From Octopus sinensis (lineage: Eukaryota), in NCBI RefSeq assembly GCF_006345805.1, contig NW_021833369.1, forward strand, positions 1 through 27,385: a stretch of DNA of 27,385 bases. The letters are read 5' to 3'. A program made the translations under genes and the position numbers. How positions within the stretch are numbered: position 1 is the first letter of the stretch; each line of letters begins with the position of its first letter. The notes under the pieces were generated by a model. It was not told the DNA's origin. It saw nothing but the letters and a program-made list of their open reading frames with translations, and searched no databases. Below, piece by piece: positions 20,541-27,385 of this stretch.

Positions 20541-20992
20541 AAAACGAAATGGTTATCGTCATATAATAACAGCTGATATAAATGTTGGTTGCTTGGTTGG
20601 TCTAGAGAGAGGGGGAGATAGAGCAAAAGAGACGACATTCAGAGAAAGTTAACGTAAGAAGTGCAGGATACGTGTTCAGACTTGGTTTCGTGGAATGCAA
20701 TAAGTATAAAACGTCACTCGCTCATACGGCGAGAAAGGATTACAGAGAGAGGGGTGGAGTAAATGACGGAGTGGTTCGAGAGACATAAAGGGTAAGCGAG
20801 AGCTACTGGGCGACTTAACATAAGAGGTGCAGGAGTGCTGCACATACTTGGTGTCGTGGCAGGCAATGAGTAATGAAAGTTCCACCCACACAGTGAGAAA
20901 CAACCATAGAGATAGAATTAGAGGAGGAGGCAGAGACAAAAATGAGAGCGAGAAGAATGAAAACGCAACGGTTCAGAACAGTATAATAAAGC

Positions 20993-21360
20993 GTAGAAGA
21001 TATTACATTATTATCAGCTGCCCAAAATGTCTATGAGGTACTACCAACCCCTGAGGTATGATATAGTTGCAAAAATATTTTACAATGCTTTCCCAAGGAA
21101 GGACTGCCCTGCCGTATACATCAGAGGCATGTCAGAACAAACAGGTATTCGCACATTTAAAAACAAGCCATACTGGTGGAAAATCCCAATAAAAACATCA
21201 ATTCGGTACAAGCATAATAAACCTGATATTGTTCTGAGACATGGATCAAAAGTCTTGCACTGTTATAGAGGTCAGCTGCCCAGCAGAAGTAAATGTACCA
21301 TCAAAATTTCAAGAAAAAGTGAACATTTATGGTGAATTAATGCAGACCTTATAGCTTTTG
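20993..21360 (+). mobile_element. Decayed RLE-type non-LTR retrotransposon fragment (zinc-knuckle end plus PD-(D/E)xK endonuclease; R2/R4/NeSL-like)
   Basis: With frameshifts it reads VEDIT(H)IISCPKMSMRYYQPLRYDIVAK...YWWKIPIKTSIRYKHNKPDIV (PDIV 21222)...IEVSCPAEVNVPSKFQEKVNIYGELMQTL*LL. Confidence 0.85.
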
Positions 21361-21384
21361 AAGTGTTTTCCTCGCAAGTCCAAA

Positions 21385-22623
21385 CATGCGAGCGAAAGCA
21401 ATACTGTTTAGTAAAGGCCCAGCATGAGTAAAAACGTCAGATAATGATGAAATGTTCAATGTATCACTGGGGTCGTTCGATAATGCTGACGTTTGCTATT
21501 TTGTGAGTCTCTTTGTATTAAACACATTGAGATCTAAGTACCCATCTCACGACGTTGATCTATACAGAGACGATGGATTGGGTATTTCCCATGGCTGTGG
21601 TTGGTCATAAATTTAGATAAATTTAGGAAACAACTTACTTATATCTTCAGTCAATTAGGCCTTAAAATCACAGTCACTACTAATCTGTCTAAAGTTGAAT
21701 TTTTACATGTTTTCTACAGACCTGAACTCTTTCACTTATAAACCTTACCATAAGTCGAACGAGAAACTCTCCTGTATACATAAATAGTTTTGTCACCCCA
21801 TCTTGTAGTATTTAAAAACCTAATAGCTAACATTAGTAACAGTGTATCTAATCTTTCTTCCTCTAAAGATGTTTTCGAGAAGGTAGCCTCCTACTACAAC
21901 AATGCCCTATAAATTAATATATAACCCCTCTAATGTTAATCGGAATAATAATAATAGACCGAAAGACAGACATAGGAAAATAATTTGGTCCCCCCACCAC
22001 CTTTTCCCTTAATGTAAAAACTAACATAGGTAAAAGATTCCTAGACAAACATTTTCCTCAAAATCACAGGTACAGGAATATATTTAACAGGAGATTAGTG
22101 AAATTATCAAGTAGATGCTGCCCCAATATGAAAAGTATCGTTACACGAGAACAACATCAAAAGCCCACTCCCAGCTGTAACTGTCGAGACCCAGGAGCCT
22201 GTCAAGTCGACCAGGGGTGTATGAGTATATCAGTCATATATGAAGCGAAGTTACAGCAACGCTAGAACCGATAAGATGCACTTGTCTATGTAAAGGCGAT
22301 TTAAAAAATCGCTATGCTAATCATATTTTCCTTCCGACACAGGGATAAAAGTTATGCTGCTATGTTGGCTCACCACGTATGAGGTTTGAAATCGAATGTC
22401 ACACTACATATGATACAGTGGAAAATAGTCGAAAAATCCAAACCATATGTTAACGGATAAAAAAAAAAAATGTAAGCTGTGCGTAGCTGAAAAATCTCAG
22501 ATCCTTTTGAGTTCTAGGAACTCTAACACACTACTGAATTCTAGATCCGAAATTTTCAGTGGTTGTAAGCGTATGGCAAGGTTCCTGTTGACGAATTCGA
22601 AAGCGCCGCCCTCTCCGGATTGA
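21385..22623 (+). mobile_element. Decayed Penelope-like element with YRDD RT, CxC linker and C-terminal GIY-YIG endonuclease
   Basis: Remnants read KAILFSKGPA*VK..FNVSLGSFDNADVC, DLYRDDGLG (YRDD 21563-21574), LGLKITV..N..VEFL, YKPYHKSN and RKIIW.PPFSLNVKTNIGKRFLDKHFP. They continue IFNRRLVKLS..CPNMKSI, CNCRDPGAC...C..SVIYEA, NRYANH..FRH, IQWKIVEKSKPY, CKLCVAEK and LLNSRSEIFSGCKR, ending at TGA 22621-22623. Confidence 0.92.
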
Positions 22624-23045
22624 ACAATTGTACCATAGGCTCTAAACCACTATCTTTTCAGTTTTATAGTTTACGGTCATTTTGCTTCTTTCTGGTTTCG
22701 CTTTCGTTTTCCGGCTTTTCAACATTTCAACTTTTTATATTTACTTCTTTTTCGCCTTTTCTCACTTTTCTGTCAATAGGATGGAGAACGTCTGTGAGGT
22801 GTTGTGCAAGCCTTATTGGACCTAAAATGTTAGGCTGCGCAATCGCTGGCGAGGAGGTTTCCCGGTGCCGCGTCGTGAAGGAGTGCGCTGCGGCCAGCAT
22901 GGATGTCGTAGGAACGAGCACGGCAAAACCGACCGTGAGTGCCATAATTTTATGCAGAAGCCTTACTGATATTTGGTAACAGTTTGTATAGGCAATGGTC
23001 AGTGATAGACTTCCTCAGCTACGAATGGACAGCCATCATGTAAGT
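22624..23045 (+). mobile_element. Putative 3' pseudo-LTR/UTR of the YRDD PLE
   Basis: It directly follows the PLE stop codon. A T-rich segment is followed by a GC-rich segment ending in GTAAGT (23040-23045) at an (ACAT)n tract. Assignment is by position only. Confidence 0.4.
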
Positions 23046-23175
23046 ATACATACATACATACATACATACATACATACATACATACATACATACATACATA
23101 CATGCATACATACATATATACATACATATATACATACATACATACATATACATATATATATATATATATATATAG
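23046..23175. repeat. (ACAT)n-(TA)n microsatellite
   Basis: Directly visible. Confidence 0.95.
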
Positions 23176-23330
23176 CAATAAGAAAATGGAGGAGAACAGG
23201 TATTTCATCAACTTTTAGACATTATACTATGTTAACTTATTTATTTACTAAACTGATAATTACAATAATATACATACATATAGCATTATTCTTTACATAT
23301 AAGATATAAGATATAAAATATAGTAATATA

Positions 23331-23843
23331 TCTATATATATAAAACTGTAGTTGTGTGAGTGTCTGTCCCCTTCGATTTAGATTCCTAACTACTCCCACA
23401 TTTTACGGTGCAGTTTAACCAAATTCGGGTATCTTATAGTCGTGATTCATATCGAGCCTGTCTGAGTATTAGCGCGCGTCTACGATGAGTCTACGATTTT
23501 AAAAATAATTTAACATAATTTTTTATTCCATTTTAATGCATAATTTTTCGTGTGTCGATGGCGGCGGAGTTGGCGTCCATGGTCACACCTGCACCTGTTT
23601 GCTTCTCCCTCTTCTTCCCTCCCTCGTGAAGCTGTGGGGAAGGGAGTGTAAGGAAATCAACGTCGTAAAGCGTTGTCAAGGAGACCAGCATTCTTTTAGA
23701 ACAACGACTTCATGGCTTGAAGACACCAAAACAGAAATGGCTAAGAAAGCCCGAATTGGCATCTATAAGGGAAGTAACTCTCTAAAAATGCTTATATAGT
23801 TATTTCCCTTACAAACCCGAGCAATGCCGGGCGATACTGCTAG
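23331..23843 (+). mobile_element. Complete non-autonomous Helitron (513 bp)
   Basis: The 5' end is A|TCTATATATATAAAA. A subterminal hairpin CCCG-AGCAATGC-CGGG lies at 23816-23831, 8 nt before the 3' end CTAG|T. The element sits in an AT dinucleotide with no TSD. All are canonical Helitron signatures. Confidence 0.9.
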
Positions 23844-24206
23844 TAAGTGATAAATAAGGATACCAGTAATTATTATAAAAACATGAATTATATATATATA
23901 TGTTACATATCGTGTATAGATAAAGTTATAATCCATGCTGTATTGTCATGAAGAACATCTACATATTTTAGCACTCCAGAGTTGAAAATACAGGTAAACA
24001 CTGGAAAGTACTGGAAAATAGCTTCTGTAGAGTAATTGCATATTAAAACAGAACACTAGAAGACTGGATTACTTATTCTCATTACACGTTTCATTCTCAC
24101 AGATGTCTTATATGTTGGAAAATATGTTTTCTCAACTCTGTAACACCTATTAGGCAATGAACCACATGTTATTGGGAATAATTAATACCAAAGTTTTTCC
24201 AGTGAT

Positions 24207-24254
<48 letters not shown>

Positions 24255-24295
24255 AATATTCATTCAAAATGTGACCGCGTGTATACCGTTGGCGA

Positions 24296-24479
24296 TTTTT
24301 TTCCTCCGTCTTCCCTTCCTTGGATCTTTCCTTTTCCTACGTTTCTGACGAAGCGCTCCGCTCGAAACGTTAAATCCTCCTTCTTTCTTTTCTTTCCTGA
24401 GCGTCCAATAATACTATATTTGTTCCAAGTCCTCGCGTTGTTGTGTTTTCTCTTTGTATTTTCATGTTTGGATTAACTA
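24296..24479 (+). mobile_element. Solo pseudo-LTR-like repeat carrying a hammerhead motif, copy 2
   Basis: Collinear with 4113-4306 and flanked by (TA)n tracts. Confidence 0.65.
24341..24375 (+). ncRNA. Minimal type I hammerhead ribozyme motif, intact core
   Basis: GTTT-CTGACGA(24345-24351)-A-GCGC(TCC)GCTC-GAAA(24364-24367)-CG-TT-AAAT. Stem II has one mismatch and helix I has a G.U pair. Confidence 0.65.
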
Positions 24480-24481
24480 CA

Positions 24482-24493
24482 ATATATATATAT

Positions 24494-24525
<32 letters not shown>

Positions 24526-24649
24526 AATATATATATTAATATATTATATATATATGTATGTACGTATTGTATGTATGTATGTATGTATGTATGTATGTAT
24601 GTATGTATGTATGTATGTACGTACGTATGTATGTATGTATGTATGTATG

Positions 24650-24698
<49 letters not shown>

Positions 24699-24715
24699 GT
24701 CTGTCTGTCTATCTA
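24482..24715. repeat. (TA)n-(ATGT)n-(ATCT)n microsatellite cluster
   Basis: Directly visible. Confidence 0.95.
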
Positions 24716-24906
24716 TAGGTAAGTAGGTAGGTATATACACAGGTATATATTCACAGATGTGAAATCAGGAAAACCACTAAACCACTAATGCAGGGTTGAT
24801 ATTTATTTTTTAAAATCCTAGCAGCCCAACAGTGAGCGTGAATGTTTTCGTTAAACGTGTATTCTTCATGTGTGTGCGCGTGTGAGTGTGTGTGTGTGTG
24901 TGTGTA

Positions 24907-25178
24907 GAAGTTAAAAAAGTAGAAGTTAAAAAAGCGGAAAAGGGAAGGTAGTGATATATATATAAGGAAAGGAAAAGAAATAAGAGAGAGAGAGAGGGGG
25001 GAGAGAGAGAGGGGAGAGAGAGAGAGGGGTGAGAGAGGGAGAGAGTTAGATAGTGATATAGAATGAGAGCGACAAAGAGAAAGGCGTTAGAAATATATTG
25101 ATACACAGAGAAATATAGTTATGAGGTAGTTAGGTAGACAGGTAGGTGGTATGTGGCAAAGGAGAAAGATTGGTAGGG

Positions 25179-25217
<39 letters not shown>

Positions 25218-25902
25218 AAAAAGAGAGAGTGTAATGGAGAAAGAGAGTAAGCGAGAGTTAGGGAGAAAGTGAGAAAAGGAGAGGAAGACACTGAAGAAGA
25301 GGAAGAAAAGAAACTACGTAATTTAGCAGAAGAGAGAGACAAAGAGAGATAAAGAGAGAGAGAGACAGACAGAGAGAGAGGGAAAGAGAGAAAGAGAGAG
25401 AGAAAGAGACAGGCAGCGAGAGAGAGATAAAGAGAGAGAGAGAGGAAGAGAAAGAGAGTGAGAGAGTTGTGGTGGCTCTCTAAGTCAAAGAGCTTTAAGG
25501 AAGATAGAATAAAAGAACAGGACAAAAAAGGATAGGCAGAGAGATACTGAGGTAAAGAGTGAGAGAGGAGGAAGAAGAAAAAGAGAATTTAGAAGGTGAT
25601 AGAGGGGAAGTGAACTAAAGATAAAGAGGGAAAGAAAAAGGGTAAAGAAGAGAGGAATACAAATACGAAGAGAGGGATAAATTTTGAAAAGAAAAAAAAG
25701 AGTGAAAGAGAGATATATAAAAGAAAAAGAACAGAGAAAACGAAGCGAACAAAAAGAGGAAAGACTATAAAACATAAAAAGAAAAAGAGGAAGGAAGAAG
25801 GTAGGAAAGAAAGAAGGGAACAAAAAGCACACGAGAAAGAAAAAGGAAGGGGGATAGAGACAGAGAGGAGAGGAATAGAGAGAGAGAGAGAAAGAGAGAG
25901 AG
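24907..25902. repeat. About 1 kb polypurine (GA/GAAA-rich) tract
   Basis: Directly visible. It explains the Leu/Ser/Phe-rich minus-strand ORFs. Confidence 0.9.
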
Positions 25903-26165
25903 TCAGTCACATCACGTCACTTGCTAAGCAAACCACGCTACGGTCGACTACACTTCGGTAACAAGTACGGTTTCGCTTTTGAATGCGGGTGTGTGAGAAT
26001 GTGTATGATATGATACTATGGTTTGCATGAAAGAGACGGTGTTCCCCACCAACTCATGCTAGACCTGTATCACACAGTTGGATAACTGCAGGATACAGCA
26101 TACTGTGACAATAGCCGGCGAAATTTGTCGGTGGATATTACATGCTTTTCTACGTTCTTCTACAG

Positions 26166-26211
26166 CTTTCTGGAGTTTACCACGGTGATGTTTTGTTGTG
26201 GCCATACACAG
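26166..26211 (+). other. Candidate 46-nt exon, or the 3' end of a first exon (unverified)
   Basis: Acceptor CTTTTCTACGTTCTTCTACAG| and donor CAG|GTAAGA are both strong. Two frames are open (LSGVYHGDVLLWPYT or FLEFTTVMFCCGHTQ). No homology was recognised. Confidence 0.4.
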
Positions 26212-26449
26212 GTAAGAAATATCTACTCGTTTAGTTATCCTCTGTCACACTCATTGTCTGTCATACATAGCTTGTTTGTCACATTAGTCGTCTGTCACCC
26301 TGATCGTCTGCCACACACAGTGTCTGCCTCACTGATCGTCTGCCTTTCGTGATTTGATGTTAGCTTTATATATATGCATCTGTCGCTCCATCTGTTTATT
26401 ACCCAACAGTTTGTCAATCACCTTGCATGTATATTTACATCCATCTATT

Positions 26450-26582
26450 CAACATACATACATATATACATACATACATACATACATACATACATACATA
26501 CATACATACATACAAATATATATATATACATATGTATATATATGTATGTATACATACATATTTATGCATGTATATAAATATA

Positions 26583-26624
<42 letters not shown>

Positions 26625-26825
26625 ATATGTATATATATATATACACATATGTATTAAATAAATGACGTATATATAGGGATGTACTCATTGAATTTGCGTC
26701 CAACTGCATTTCCTTCTTTCTTTCTTTTTCTTTTTTCTCCCTTTTTTCTTTCTTCATTGCTTTCTTTTAATTTTTTTCACTGCAAATAAATCATTATCTT
26801 CAACTCCTTGCAAAATATTATATAT

Positions 26826-26889
<64 letters not shown>

Positions 26890-26976
26890 ATATATGTATA
26901 TTATATATATATATATATATATATATGTAGGTATGTACATATATGTATGTACATATGCATATATTTATATATTATT

Positions 26977-27009
<33 letters not shown>

Positions 27010-27065
27010 ATATATATATTTATACGGCAGGCATCATATGTATGCATGTGTGTATATATATATAT
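26450..27065. repeat. (ACAT)n/(TA)n microsatellite clusters
   Basis: Directly visible at 26450-26650 and 26815-27065. Confidence 0.92.
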
Positions 27066-27206
27066 ATGCATTGATGTATGTATTTTATGTATGTAGGCTT
27101 ACTTACACGAGTGTACTCACTATCGACTTTGTTTCCTCATAACTTTCAGAAAAACAGTTACGATTTAATATTTTCTAAGAAAATATTGTTGTAATACACA
27201 CAACAC

Positions 27207-27209
27207 GCT

Positions 27210-27243
<34 letters not shown>

Positions 27244-27260
27244 CACACACACACACACAC
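27207..27260. repeat. (CA)n microsatellite
   Basis: Directly visible. Confidence 0.95.
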
Positions 27261-27385
27261 GAAGTATACATGGACGTGTTTTGTATATATTTTATGTGTG
27301 TGTGTGTGCATGTGTTAATACGTATGTATATATCTGTGAGATTCTCTGCTCGTATGTATATATGTATGAAGTGTATGTATGCAGG

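Noticed and set aside
22990-23040. Hammerhead expected in the putative pLTR of the YRDD PLE
   Set aside because: GTGATAGAC...CGAAT is only vaguely similar and no intact core was found.

Overview
Eukaryotic, AT-rich, microsatellite-dense intronic or intergenic DNA, most likely from an octopus or other coleoid cephalopod (inferred from repeat style and SINE sequences I recall from Octopus). There is no intact protein-coding gene. Almost all supplied ORFs are translations of (CA)n, (ACAT)n, (TA)n, (AGAT)n or (GA)n tracts. The recognisable content is a dense set of decayed mobile elements. These are three tRNA-derived SINE families (about 12 copies or fragments), RTE-LINE 3' and 5' pieces, and two internally deleted Tc1/mariner elements. 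There are also two distinct Penelope-like elements (one YIDD, one YRDD reverse transcriptase with GIY-YIG), restriction-like-endonuclease non-LTR fragments, a complete 513-bp non-autonomous Helitron, a Helentron/HINE-like element and a possible Sola remnant. The highlights are (1) a five-unit SINE concatemer at 14497-15416 with base-precise junctions, a foreign AATAAA-bearing tail and strict A-B-A-B alternation, which suggests self-targeted or rolling-circle amplification; (2) three minimal type I hammerhead-ribozyme motifs (4156-4190, 11686-11724, 24341-24375); and (3) a head-to-head SINE pair that could form an A-to-I editing substrate. Two short candidate exons are reported at low confidence. 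Boundaries of decayed elements and microsatellites are approximate and all alignments were done by eye.
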